Assembly: GCA_963794325.1 (NCBI GenBank)
Contig: CAWCDG010000003.1
Span: 128,001 to 192,000 of the forward strand
Origin: an uncultured delta proteobacterium
GTDB taxonomy: Bacteria > Desulfobacterota > Binatia > Binatales > Binataceae
Direction: 5' to 3'
Length of the DNA stretch: 64,000 nt
Under the pieces are notes generated by a model. It ran no database searches. It saw only the letters and a program-made list of their open reading frames with translations, and was not told where the DNA came from. How positions within the stretch are numbered: the first letter of the stretch is position 1; each line of letters begins with the position of its first letter. The position numbers and the translations under genes were made by a program. Shown in pieces: positions 1-9,527 of the stretch.

Positions 1-1118
1 ATTTCAAGATTACTACAAAACTCTCGGCGTTGACCGAAAGGCGAGCGACGCCGAGATCAAGAGCGCGTACCGCAAGCTCGCGCGCAAATTCCATCCCGAC
101 GTCAATCCGAACAACAAGGAAGCCGAGGCCAAATTCAAGCAGATAAACGAGGCCTACCAGGTCGTCAGCGATCGCCGAGAAGCGCAAGAAATACGACGAG
201 CTCGGCGCCGACTGGGAGCATGGCGTGTCGCAGGAAGAGATGATGCGCCGATACGCTCAGCAGCGATCGGCGGCTGGCGGCGGCGGTGGCGCGGAATTCG
301 GCGCGGACCTCGGCGGCGGCGACTTCAGCGATTTCTTCTCGCAATTCTTCGGCGGCAGCGCGCGGCGCGCGGGCGGACGCAGCCGCGGCGGCGCATCACG
401 GGGATTTTCGAATTTCGATTTCGGCACCGAGCCGGCGCGCGCGCCCGATCTTCGGGCGGAAGTCGGAATTGTACTGCTCGATGCGGTCAAAGGCGCAAAG
501 CGGCGGCTCGATCTCGTCGCGGAGGACGAATGCGCCACCTGCGGCGGGAGCGGGATGATCGCGCGCGAGGAAAAACAGGGCAAAGCGCGCGTCATTCGAT
601 CCGCCGAGCAGTGTCCGACCTGCGGCGGCAGAGGCGTGATCGCCGCGCGGCGCACACTCGAAGTGACTATTCCGCCGGGCGTGACGGACGGCACGCAGTT
701 GCGACTCAAGGGGCAGGGCGGACGCGCGCCGCGTCCCGATCAGAACGGCGATCTGTTCCTCACAATCAAAATCGAGCCGAATGCGGTGTTTGCGATCTCG
801 GGCCGCGACCTGCGCGTGAGTCTGCCGGTGTGGGATTACGAAGCGGCGCTCGGCGCCGAAATCACAGCGCCGACGGTTGACGGACGCGTGTCGCTCAAAA
901 TTCCGGCCGGCAGCCAGACGGGACGCGTGCTGCGACTGCGCGGGCGCGGGCTGCCGGCGCGCGGCAAGGAGCCGGCCGGTGATCTTCTGTACGAGCTTAA
1001 GGTGCTGGCGCCGACCGACTTGAATCCCAAAGAGCGCGCGCTGATGCAGGATTTGGCCAACAGTCTGAAGGATCGCGGCGTCCCCGATCCGCGTGCGGAA
1101 TTGATGGCGTCGAAGTGA
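1..1118 (+). CDS. DnaJ/CbpA-class chaperone, 5'-truncated by the window edge, with one apparent frameshift near nt 173
   Basis: The frame starting at nt 2 reads [10 protein letters not shown]...[11 protein letters not shown]...[13 protein letters not shown] (J-domain with HPD). Removing one C near 173 continues [11 protein letters not shown] into the 225..1118 ORF, which has a G/F-rich linker, two CxxCGGxG motifs and the DnaJ C-terminal domain. Confidence 0.9.
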
Positions 1119-1125
1119 TCAAGAG

Positions 1126-1425
1126 TTGAATTCGATGGCGCGGCGGAATTCAAACAAGAACTCGACTCGCGGAAAAGTCGTGTTGATGAGCCGCGGCGTG
1201 TTCTGCACGATCGGCGGAATCAGCGAGCGCGAGCTGGCCTCGTGGGAGCGCGAGGATCTGATCGCGCCGGTGCGTATCGAGCGGGTTCACGGACGACTCG
1301 AGGCGCTCTACGATCGCGAAGCTCTGCACAGAGTTCGCGTGATTCGTACGCTGGCTGAGGAACTCGAAGTGAATATCCCGGGAATTGGGGTGATACTGCA
1401 CCTGCTCGATCAGATGGCACGGTGA
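1126..1425 (+). CDS. CbpM/MerR-like chaperone modulator
   Basis: Small MerR-like HTH with RVIRTLAEELEVNIPGIGVILHLLDQM, directly downstream of the dnaJ-like gene as in cbpA-cbpM. Start codon uncertain. Confidence 0.75.
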   Translation: MNSMARRNSNKNSTRGKVVLMSRGVFCTIGGISERELASWEREDLIAPVRIERVHGRLEALYDREALHRVRVIRTLAEELEVNIPGIGVILHLLDQMAR

Positions 1426-1495
1426 TTTTGCGGGACTGGGTGGGCCGTGCTAAGTAACACGGGCTCATTCCGGCTCTCTTCAGAAGGACGATGCG

Positions 1496-1768
1496 ATGCT
1501 GTTCGTGATTATCGGCCATGATGGACCCGACGGCGCTGCGCTGCGGCCCAAAGTCAGGCCGGCCCATCTCGAAAATCTGCGGCCGCTGGTGAAGGCGGGC
1601 AAAGTGAAGATCGCGGGACCATTCACCGACGGCAGCGGCAGTCTTATCATTGTGGATATGGAGAGCGAGGCGGAGGCGGTCGCGTTTGCGAACAGCGATC
1701 CGTATGTGACGAGCGGCGTGTTCGCGCGCGTCGAGGTGAAGCCGTTCCGGCAGGTGTTTCCGGAGTAG
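1496..1768 (+). CDS. YciI family protein
   Basis: 90 aa; RPAHLENL, AGPF..GSGSLII and DPY..GVF motifs. Confidence 0.9.
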   Translation: MLFVIIGHDGPDGAALRPKVRPAHLENLRPLVKAGKVKIAGPFTDGSGSLIIVDMESEAEAVAFANSDPYVTSGVFARVEVKPFRQVFPE

Positions 1769-1779
1769 CAGGAGTCTAG

Positions 1780-2985
1780 ATGGCGGGAGCGTTATCCAGT
1801 TTAAAGATTGTCGAAGTTGGCGAGATGGTGTCGGCGCCGTATTGCAGCAAGTTGCTGGCGGACATGGGCGCCGAGGTCGTCAAGGTCGAGCGGCCGGGAG
1901 TTGGCGATCGGGCGCGCACCCGCGGTCCGTTTCCGGGTGACAAGCCGAATCCCGAGACGAGCGGGCTGTTTCTCTATCTCAACACCAACAAACGCGGCGT
2001 CACGCTCGATATCACCAAGCCCGAAGGTTTCGAGATCCTCGAGAAGCTGGTCGCGGGCGCCGACATATTAATTCACAACGTCACGCCGCCCGAGATGGAT
2101 CGCGTCGGCCTCACGTACGATCGGATGAAGCGCGCGAATCCGAAATTGATCATGACGTCGATACTGCCGTTCGGGCTGACCGGTCCGTATCGCGACTACC
2201 GCGCCGAGGATCTGACGATTTGGTGCGCGGGCGGCGTCTGCGTGCTGAACGGAGGAGGGCCGGAGCATCCGGAGTTGCCGCCGCTCAAAACTGCGGGGCA
2301 TCAGGCCGGCTACCAGGGCGGAGTGCACGGCGCGACCGCGACTATCGCAGCGGCGTTCGCGCAACTTAGCGATGGTGCGGGGCAGCATATCGAAGTGTCG
2401 GTGCAGGAATCGATCGCCTCGATCCTCGAGATGACCTTCGAGTACTGGCCGTACATGAAGATGATCGCGACGCGACTCGGGCAGAAGCCGCTGCAGCCGA
2501 TCGATACGATGCAATGCAAGGACGGATACATTTATCTTTGCTGCATCGAGGAGCATCAGTGGCGCAACTTCGTCGAGATCATGGGCAATCCCGAGTGGGC
2601 CGAGATGGAGATTTTCAAGGACCGGCTGGTGCGCGCGCTGAATTGGGACGCGCTGAGACCGATGCTCGAGGAATGGGTCAGCCAGCAGACTGTGCTGGAT
2701 TTGTACCGCAAGGCGCAGGCCAAGCGAGTGCCGTTTGCGCCGGTATCGACGATGGGCGACCTGCTCAACTCGGAGCATCTGAAGGCGCGCGGATTTTTCG
2801 TCGAGATCGCGCAGCCGATTGCAGGCACGCATAAGTATCCGGGCGCGCCGCTCAAGTTCGGGCGCACGCCGTGGGAAATTCGGTCGCCGGCGCCGACGCT
2901 CGGGCAGCATAACGCGGAAGTATTCGACAAGCTCGGGATGTCGCAGGCGCGGATCGACGAACTCAAGCGCAAGGGTGTGATCTAG
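1780..2985 (+). CDS. Class III (CaiB/BaiF) CoA-transferase, subunit apparently lacking the catalytic Asp
   Basis: LADMGAEVVKVE, NTNKRGVTLD and APTLGQHN motifs. Confidence 0.9.
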   Translation: MAGALSSLKIVEVGEMVSAPYCSKLLADMGAEVVKVERPGVGDRARTRGPFPGDKPNPETSGLFLYLNTNKRGVTLDITKPEGFEILEKLVAGADILIHNVTPPEMDRVGLTYDRMKRANPKLIMTSILPFGLTGPYRDYRAEDLTIWCAGGVCVLNGGGPEHPELPPLKTAGHQAGYQGGVHGATATIAAAFAQLSDGAGQHIEVSVQESIASILEMTFEYWPYMKMIATRLGQKPLQPIDTMQCKDGYIYLCCIEEHQWRNFVEIMGNPEWAEMEIFKDRLVRALNWDALRPMLEEWVSQQTVLDLYRKAQAKRVPFAPVSTMGDLLNSEHLKARGFFVEIAQPIAGTHKYPGAPLKFGRTPWEIRSPAPTLGQHNAEVFDKLGMSQARIDELKRKGVI

Positions 2986-2987
2986 AA

Positions 2988-4232
2988 ATGGCGAAGCCAC
3001 CTCTGTCCGGAATCAGAATTTGCGATTTCACGTGGGTGTGGGCGGGACCGTACTGCACCCTGCAACTGGCGCATCTTGGGGCCGAAGTGATCAGGATCGA
3101 GACCAAGACGCGGCCGTGCGTGACGCGGATGCTGCCGCCGTGGCCCGACGGCGTGTTCAACAGCCTCAACAAGTCCGGCTACTTCAATCAGTACAACCAG
3201 GGCAAGAAATCCTTGTCGCTGAATTTCAAGCATCCCGAGGCCAAGGAAGCGGCATGGCGGCTGATCAAGAATAGCGACGTCGTGATTAATAACTTCGCGG
3301 CGGGCGTCCTCGAGAAAATGGGATTCGGTTACGAAGCCGTAAAGAAGGTAAATCCAAATGTAGTCATGATTACTCTGTCGGGCTACGGCGATACGGGGCC
3401 GTACAAGGATTATGTCGCGTACGGACCGGCGCAGGTTCCTCTGTCGGGACTGTCGGCGCTGACTGGCTATAAGGGATTTCCGCCGATGCACGCAGGATTC
3501 AGCTACGCCGATCCCAACGCGGGAGTGCATGGCGCGTTCGCGATCATCAGCGCGCTGTTCCATCGTAAGAAGACGGGCGAGGGTCAATATATCGACATGA
3601 GCCAGTGGGAATGCGCGATGGACTTGCTGGCAGAAGGGATTCTCGAATACACGATGAACGGGCGCGAGCCCGAGCGCACCGGGAATCGCGATCCGCTGAT
3701 GGCGCCGCACGGGCTGTTCAAGTGCATCGATCTGCCGGAGAAAATCCTCGACGTTACGATCGATCAGTGGGTCGCGATAGTATGTGCGGATGACGCGGAG
3801 TGGGCGCGACTGGCTAATGCAATAGGTAAACCCGAACTGGCTAATGATCCACGGTTCAAGACGCTCGCGGCGCGCAAACAGAACGAAGACGCACTCGAAG
3901 CAATAGTCAGTGAGTATACCGCGAAGCGAAAAGTGGCAGATGTCGTCAAGGACCTGCAAGCGGCGCATGTCGCAGCCGGAGCGTGCGCCGATAGCAAGTA
4001 CCTATCGGAGGATCCACATCTCAACGAGCGCGAATACTTCGTCTATCGAGAGCATCTCGAAGTCGGCAAGCGGCAGCATTGCGGGATTCCCTGGAGGATG
4101 AGCGGGACGGCGTGCGAAGTGAAGGCGGCGGCGCCCGTGCTCGGCCAGCATACTGACGAAGTGATGACCGGACTGCTCGGATACAGCGCGGCCGAGGTCG
4201 ATGCGCTGCGCGCGAAGGGCGCGCTCGATTAG
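2988..4232 (+). CDS. Class III (CaiB/BaiF) CoA-transferase
   Basis: DFTWVWAGP, LAHLGAEVIRIE, NQGKKSL, SYAD (catalytic Asp) and APVLGQHT motifs. Confidence 0.92.
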   Translation: MAKPPLSGIRICDFTWVWAGPYCTLQLAHLGAEVIRIETKTRPCVTRMLPPWPDGVFNSLNKSGYFNQYNQGKKSLSLNFKHPEAKEAAWRLIKNSDVVINNFAAGVLEKMGFGYEAVKKVNPNVVMITLSGYGDTGPYKDYVAYGPAQVPLSGLSALTGYKGFPPMHAGFSYADPNAGVHGAFAIISALFHRKKTGEGQYIDMSQWECAMDLLAEGILEYTMNGREPERTGNRDPLMAPHGLFKCIDLPEKILDVTIDQWVAIVCADDAEWARLANAIGKPELANDPRFKTLAARKQNEDALEAIVSEYTAKRKVADVVKDLQAAHVAAGACADSKYLSEDPHLNEREYFVYREHLEVGKRQHCGIPWRMSGTACEVKAAAPVLGQHTDEVMTGLLGYSAAEVDALRAKGALD

Positions 4233-4244
4233 AGGATCAGAACC

Positions 4245-5087
4245 ATGCGTAGGCTGAAAGTGTTGATCGACGGACTAGCGTTTCCTGAGGGGCCGCGATG
4301 GCATGACGGACTGTTTTATTTCTCCGACATGCATGCGCATCAGGTGATTGCGGTCGATATGGCGGGGAAGCGCGAAGTCATTTGCGAAGTGCCGAATCGG
4401 CCGTCGGGGCTGGGATGGATGCCGGATGGACGGATGCTCGTGGTGTCGATGACGGATCGGAAGCTGATGCGGCTCGACGTCGACGGGCTGAAGACGGTCG
4501 CGGACATGAGCGAGTTCGCACCCTTTGATTGCAACGACATGGTGGTCGATGCGCGCGGCCGCGCATACGTCGGCAACTTCGGATTCGATTTGCACAAGAA
4601 CGAAACGCCGCGTGGGACGACGCTGGTGATGGTTGGTGCGGACGGCGTCGCGCGGGTCGTCGCCGAGGACATGATGTTCCCGAACGGGATGGTCATCACG
4701 CCGGATGGGAAGACGCTGATTGTCGGCGAGACGTTTGGGCGGCGTCTTACGGCGTTGGATATCGGCGCTGATGGTCGTCTAACGAATCGGCGGATGTGGG
4801 CTGATTTGGGAAACAGTCTGCCTGATGGAATTTGCCTGGATGGCGAGAATGCAATCTGGGTGGCGTGTCCGACGGCGTCGGAAGTGATTCGGGTGAAGCA
4901 GGGCGGCGAGGTGGTCGAGCGGATCAAGGTCGAGACGGACGCGTTCGCGTGCATGCTCGGTGGTCCCGACGGACGGACGCTGTTTGTCGCAACGTCGCCG
5001 AATTCCGATCCCGAGAAATGTCGCGCGACGCGAGGTGGGAGAATCGAGACTACTCAAGTCGAAGTCCCTCGCGCGGGATTGCCTTGA
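4245..5087 (+). CDS. SMP-30/gluconolactonase/LRE family protein
   Basis: FPEGPRW, CNDMVVD, FPNGMVITPDG and PDGICLD motifs. Confidence 0.92.
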   Translation: MRRLKVLIDGLAFPEGPRWHDGLFYFSDMHAHQVIAVDMAGKREVICEVPNRPSGLGWMPDGRMLVVSMTDRKLMRLDVDGLKTVADMSEFAPFDCNDMVVDARGRAYVGNFGFDLHKNETPRGTTLVMVGADGVARVVAEDMMFPNGMVITPDGKTLIVGETFGRRLTALDIGADGRLTNRRMWADLGNSLPDGICLDGENAIWVACPTASEVIRVKQGGEVVERIKVETDAFACMLGGPDGRTLFVATSPNSDPEKCRATRGGRIETTQVEVPRAGLP

Positions 5088-5124
5088 GCGAAGCCTATGG
5101 CGTGTGGCGGGACGGCGTGGCGTA

Positions 5125-6456
5125 ATGAATTCTATGGGCGTTGACGGGCACGGCGATAATTTTCGCGCGCGGCGCAAGCGCATGATGCAGGCGATCGCGC
5201 CTGGTGCAACTGCGATCCTGCCGAGCGCGCCGGTGAGTGTGCGATCGGGCGATGTCGAGTTCGTTTATCGGCAGGACAGCGACTTCTACTACCTGACCGG
5301 ATTCGCGGAGCCGGAATCGGTCGCGGTGCTTTCGCCGGGGCATCCGGACGGCGAGTTCGTGATGTTCGTGCGGCCGCGCGACAAGGAGCGCGAGACCTGG
5401 ACGGGGCGGCGCGCGGGTATCGAGGGCGCGATCATCGAATACGGCGCGGACAAGGCCTACGTGATCGACGAGCTCGAGAAGATTTTGCCGCGCTATCTGG
5501 AAAAGAGCGAGCGCGTCCATTACCCGCTGGGGCTCAACGAGAAGATGGATGAGCGGGTGATGAAACTGATTCGATGGGCGCATTCGATGCGTCCGCGAAT
5601 CGGGGTAGGGCCGTCGTCGCTGATCGATCCACGCGACATCATTCACGAAGCGCGGCTGAAGAAGGAGCCGGCGGAACTCGAAGCGATGCGGCGCGCGATG
5701 ACGATTTCGGCAGACGCGCACCGCCGCGCGATGTCGAAGGCGCGCGGCGGGATGCGCGAATGGCAAATCGAAGCGGAGGTCGACTACGCGTTTCGATCGC
5801 AGGGCGCGGCTGGACCGAGCTACCCGTCGATCATCGCGTCGGGACCCAACGCGGCGACGTTGCACTACATCAACAACGATCGCGAGATGCGCACGGGCGA
5901 GCTGCTGCTGATCGACGCCGGCGCCGAATATGATTTTTACGCGGCGGATATCACGCGCACCTCGCCGATTGGCGCGCGCTTCACCGGTTTGCAGCGTAGC
6001 TTGTACGAAGTAGTGCTCGAAGCGCAGCTCAAGGCGATCGACACGATCAAGCCCGGCGCGCATTTCGACGATGCGCACGAAGTTGCTCTGCGCGTATTGG
6101 TTGACGGCATGCGGCAGCTCGGCATCCTGAAAGGATCAGCCGAAGAAATAATCGAGAAGGGCTCATATCGGCGCTATTACATGCATCGCACGAGTCATTG
6201 GCTCGGCATGGACGTGCACGACGTCGGACTATACCGGGTGAACGGGACGTCGCGAGTGCTGGAACCCGGGATGGTGCTCACGGTCGAGCCGGGTTTGTAT
6301 ATCGCGCCTGACGACGACGATGTCCCCGACAGTTTTCGCGGACTGGGGATTCGGATCGAAGACGATGTGCTCGTCACCGAAAACGGTCACGAAGTGATGA
6401 CCGGGGCGACACCGAAGTCAGTCGCGGAGGTCGAAGCACTGACTACTGCGCAATAG
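5125..6456 (+). CDS. pepP: Xaa-Pro aminopeptidase P
   Basis: YRQDSDFYYLTGF, LIDAGAE..YAADITRT, HWLGMDVHD, TVEPGLY and GIRIEDD motifs. Start placed at ATG 5125 after the upstream stop. Confidence 0.93.
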   Translation: MNSMGVDGHGDNFRARRKRMMQAIAPGATAILPSAPVSVRSGDVEFVYRQDSDFYYLTGFAEPESVAVLSPGHPDGEFVMFVRPRDKERETWTGRRAGIEGAIIEYGADKAYVIDELEKILPRYLEKSERVHYPLGLNEKMDERVMKLIRWAHSMRPRIGVGPSSLIDPRDIIHEARLKKEPAELEAMRRAMTISADAHRRAMSKARGGMREWQIEAEVDYAFRSQGAAGPSYPSIIASGPNAATLHYINNDREMRTGELLLIDAGAEYDFYAADITRTSPIGARFTGLQRSLYEVVLEAQLKAIDTIKPGAHFDDAHEVALRVLVDGMRQLGILKGSAEEIIEKGSYRRYYMHRTSHWLGMDVHDVGLYRVNGTSRVLEPGMVLTVEPGLYIAPDDDDVPDSFRGLGIRIEDDVLVTENGHEVMTGATPKSVAEVEALTTAQ

Positions 6457-6784
6457 TCACTTCAATAGTCATTTTGCTGCTACGAGTCATCAGCGGATCG
6501 GTTGTAGCGGATAACCTAACCCCTAACCCCTTCCCGAGGGGGAAGGGGAACCAGACGCGGGAGAGGGCCCACGAATGGCAGCCGCTGTGAGCGACGTCGC
6601 ACCCTTGCCAGCAATTATCTATTTCGTTTCGGCAATAGAATTCGTCATTACCATGTAGTTCGCAGACCTGGTAGTTGCGATTGCATTGGTACTGGCATTT
6701 GGTCCGTGCATAGTCGCATCGATTGGCGCATCCGGCGGTCAGCACAGATACGACTGCGATGACGAGTATTGCTTTCGCGCGCAC
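6443..6784 (-). CDS. Small Cys-rich putative lipoprotein
   Basis: Signal peptide with lipobox LTAGC followed by 8 regularly spaced Cys. GTG start lies 3 nt after the upstream gene's stop. The C-terminal tail reads through a palindromic repeat. Confidence 0.7.
   Translation of the reverse strand: MRAKAILVIAVVSVLTAGCANRCDYARTKCQYQCNRNYQVCELHGNDEFYCRNEIDNCWQGCDVAHSGCHSWALSRVWFPFPLGKGLGVRLSATTDPLMTRSSKMTIEVTIAQ
6514..6552. repeat. REP-like GC-rich hairpin (CCTAACCCCTAACCCCTTCCC-GAGG-GGGAAGGGG)
   Basis: CCCCTTCCC/GGGAAGGGG inverted repeat at the junction of convergent genes. Confidence 0.55.
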
Positions 6785-6787
6785 ACT

Positions 6788-7675
6788 TTACAGTTCGAGA
6801 GCGCTGGCGCTGCCGACGATGGTTTTGGCGCCGTCGGCCTTGTCGCACCATACCTCGACCTCGGCGCGGATGCGCTTACCCTCGGGGTGACGCTCGACGA
6901 TCAATCCTTTCGGTCCGGTGCGATCGTTGCCCCACACGACGTTGACCAGCCGCAGATCCATCTTGCCGCCGTACAGGAAGCCGAGGCCGAAGCGCTTCGT
7001 CATCATTTCGGCGACGAGGCAGACCGAGAGCATCCCCTGCACAACGATTTCCGGGAACCCGAGCTCGACCGCCTTTTGCTTGTCGTTGTGGTAATTGCGC
7101 GCAGGCCCGGAAAACGCCATGCACATTTCTTCGGTGATTTTGCGCATCGGCGCGTCGATCGGATCGCCGCCGCGCTCGCCGATTTTGAACGAGCGCGATG
7201 AATCCTTCTCGCGCGACTTGTCCACCACGAATCCCGCTTTGGTCTGTTCAGGGAGCAGGAAGCTCTGATGAGTGCGGCTGCGCGAGACGATTTGTCCCGA
7301 GGCGTTGCTGACCAGCACTTCGTTCACGACGTACTCGCGGTCGCGCTTGAGGTAACGATCGACGATGACGGCGCGGGTCGTGAGCCGCTCGCCAAGCATC
7401 ACGGGTGCGAACAGACTCCATTCCTGGCGCGCGTGCAGGTTGCCGTAGATGTTCGGCAGGTACCAGCCGAGCGTTTGATAAACGGCGCTGTGAAGAATCA
7501 GCGCGGGCGCGAGCGGACCGCCGAGCGGAGAATCGCCGCGGTACCACGGATTGTCGTCGCCGGTGCCGGCAACGTAGGTCGCTACGAGGTCGGGTGTGAT
7601 GTCGCAGGAGATGCCGCCGAAGTCGCGGCCGACGTACACCTCTTTGCGATCGAAAATGTTCTTTTCGTCAGCCAT
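6788..7675 (-). CDS. Double hotdog-fold MaoC-like dehydratase
   Basis: GDDNPWY in the N-terminal half; NYHNDKQKAVELGFPEIVVQGM (MaoC hydratase motif) in the C-terminal half. Confidence 0.8.
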   Translation of the reverse strand: MADEKNIFDRKEVYVGRDFGGISCDITPDLVATYVAGTGDDNPWYRGDSPLGGPLAPALILHSAVYQTLGWYLPNIYGNLHARQEWSLFAPVMLGERLTTRAVIVDRYLKRDREYVVNEVLVSNASGQIVSRSRTHQSFLLPEQTKAGFVVDKSREKDSSRSFKIGERGGDPIDAPMRKITEEMCMAFSGPARNYHNDKQKAVELGFPEIVVQGMLSVCLVAEMMTKRFGLGFLYGGKMDLRLVNVVWGNDRTGPKGLIVERHPEGKRIRAEVEVWCDKADGAKTIVGSASALEL

Positions 7676-7693
7676 CGTGATTTCCTGTCGGGG

Positions 7694-8089
7694 TTAATTC
7701 TTCTGCTTGGTTTTGAGGCGATCGTTGAACTTGGCGGCGTCGATCACGGCGCGGCGATGGGTCCCGGAGCCAATCTGCTCGAGGTCGTCGAAAGCGCGAA
7801 CTGAAAACTCGAGGCGCCGGCCTTCGACCTTGGTCACTTCGGCTTCGGCGCGCGCGCGATGACCCGGCGGAGTCGCGGCGGTGTGACTGACTTCGATCGT
7901 CATGCCGACCGAGCTTTCGCCGTCGTCGAGAAACGGTTTGATTGCTTCGATCGCCGCTTGTTCCATCATCGCGACCATCGTCGGCGTGGACAAAACCGCG
8001 GCCAGCGACGGGTCGAGATGGCTGGCGAGGTCGGCGGTGGAGACGGTCTTCGCGTGAATGCCTTTCGTGCCGATGGGAATTAATTTCAT
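7694..8089 (-). CDS. FlK-like (fluoroacetyl-CoA thioesterase family) hotdog thioesterase
   Basis: VLSTPTMVAMMEQAA, SVG..IEVSHTAATP and GTHRRAVI motifs. Confidence 0.88.
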   Translation of the reverse strand: MKLIPIGTKGIHAKTVSTADLASHLDPSLAAVLSTPTMVAMMEQAAIEAIKPFLDDGESSVGMTIEVSHTAATPPGHRARAEAEVTKVEGRRLEFSVRAFDDLEQIGSGTHRRAVIDAAKFNDRLKTKQKN

Positions 8090-8095
8090 CGCGGG

Positions 8096-8518
8096 TTAAA
8101 GCACCGTTGTCAGAATCTGGATTGAGAGCGCAACACACATAGCCATTCCGAATGTGAAGAAAATTGTTCGCCACGGCTGCAGTCCGTTCAGGAACGCGAT
8201 CGTGTGCAGAATCCGGGCAATGATGAAGATAGTGAAATACACGAACGCGCCTTCGGGCCAGCATCCGAGCGTGACGTAAATCAATCCCAGAAACAGGAAG
8301 ATGGGAATATTTTCCAGGTCGTTGCGCCAGCACATTGCGGCGCGCTTGACGAGGGGCGCTTCTTCCGGCGCGGGTGGCGCGTGTGCGAAGAAGCGCGCAT
8401 CCTCAGCGGTCACGAATGCTTTTGCGTTGAATCGCCCGACGCCTTGAACGATCGAGTTCGCGAACATCTTGAAAAACAGGATCACGGTGGTCAGTGCGTA
8501 GAATTGGTACTCGGTCAT
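8096..8518 (-). CDS. MAPEG family membrane protein
   Basis: Hydrophobic helices with RNDLENIPIF and ARILHTIA motifs. Confidence 0.88.
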   Translation of the reverse strand: MTEYQFYALTTVILFFKMFANSIVQGVGRFNAKAFVTAEDARFFAHAPPAPEEAPLVKRAAMCWRNDLENIPIFLFLGLIYVTLGCWPEGAFVYFTIFIIARILHTIAFLNGLQPWRTIFFTFGMAMCVALSIQILTTVL

Positions 8519-8524
8519 CGGCAG

Positions 8525-9136
8525 CTATCTCCTCAGGCCCATTGCGTCGAGCTTCTTGACGACCCATTCGACTCGATCGTTACCCCAAAACGGCTCTCCA
8601 TCGACGATGAAAGTCGGCACGCCGAAGACCCCGTCGCGATCGCCGGCCGCGAATGCTTCTGACAATTCGCGCGGGCCATCGTTCGCGACGTAGCGATTGA
8701 AGGCCTCGGGGTCGAGACCGGTTTCTTTCATCACAGCGGCGAGTGCCGCGCGGTTTTCGATGTCGAGCTCGCGCTTGAAGAAGCGCTCGAAGACGCGATC
8801 GGAATAAGGCCGGAAGAGTCCGTGCTTGTCCGCAAACAGACCGGACATCAAGCTGAGCGTGGAGTCGAAGATTTTCTGCGGCCCGCGAATGATCATGCCG
8901 CGCGCGTTCGCGTACCGGCGAGCGTCGAGATACAGGTAGCGAACCTTGCGCCAATCGCGCTCGGGTCGCTGGTCAAGCTCGCCACCGAAAATGCCGCGAA
9001 CGCTAAACTCGTGGGGAATGTAATGCAGGCGGACGCGATGCGACTCCATCAAGGCGTACGCAGGATGCATCGCAAGATAAGTGAAGGGGCTCTTGTAGTC
9101 GTAGTAGAGCCTGACCGTCAGGAGATCTTCAGCCAT
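8525..9136 (-). CDS. 2-hydroxychromene-2-carboxylate isomerase / kappa-class GST (DsbA-like) family
   Basis: YDYKSPFTYLA and GVFGVPTFIVDGEPFWGNDR motifs. Confidence 0.9.
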   Translation of the reverse strand: MAEDLLTVRLYYDYKSPFTYLAMHPAYALMESHRVRLHYIPHEFSVRGIFGGELDQRPERDWRKVRYLYLDARRYANARGMIIRGPQKIFDSTLSLMSGLFADKHGLFRPYSDRVFERFFKRELDIENRAALAAVMKETGLDPEAFNRYVANDGPRELSEAFAAGDRDGVFGVPTFIVDGEPFWGNDRVEWVVKKLDAMGLRR

Positions 9137-9224
9137 GCGTGAGGGTTTAGCATCACTGGCGAAAGACAGAAAGGCACGCCGCGTCGAGGCGGCGGAGTCG
9201 GCACCTGAGGGGTCAGAGTCTGTT

Positions 9225-9478
9225 TACGCATGTTGTAAAGCGTATTTAGGCATCTCAACAGGAGTAGAACGATTTATTAGTAGTAACTACAAGGTTATTG
9301 CTATCTACGATAGTAACAAGAGCGTCTAGTGCGCTTGACTCCAGCATGGCCCATTTAGTAAATCACAGTACGTACTAATATACTTCGAATAGCCACTAGA
9401 GTTGTCCATTGGACATATTTTTATACTACTAAGTAGGTATTCATAACATAGTAATTAGTTTCTTCTACAATCAGTAAA
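9225..9478. promoter_or_regulatory. AT-rich divergent regulatory region upstream of the Flp pilin
   Basis: Strongly AT-rich compared with its flanks; four TAGTAA copies and several short palindromes. Confidence 0.55.
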
Positions 9479-9527
9479 GGCGCCCCGGGACGGGCGCTGG
9501 TACGCGTTCATGGAGGGAGGACACTCG

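Noticed and set aside
9225-9478. Replication origin
   Set aside because: AT-rich, but there is no DnaA-box cluster and no origin-associated genes nearby.
9470-9520. c-di-GMP riboswitch or sigma54 promoter before flp
   Set aside because: Only one hairpin is present with no GEMM core; TGGTACG lacks a proper -12 TTGC.
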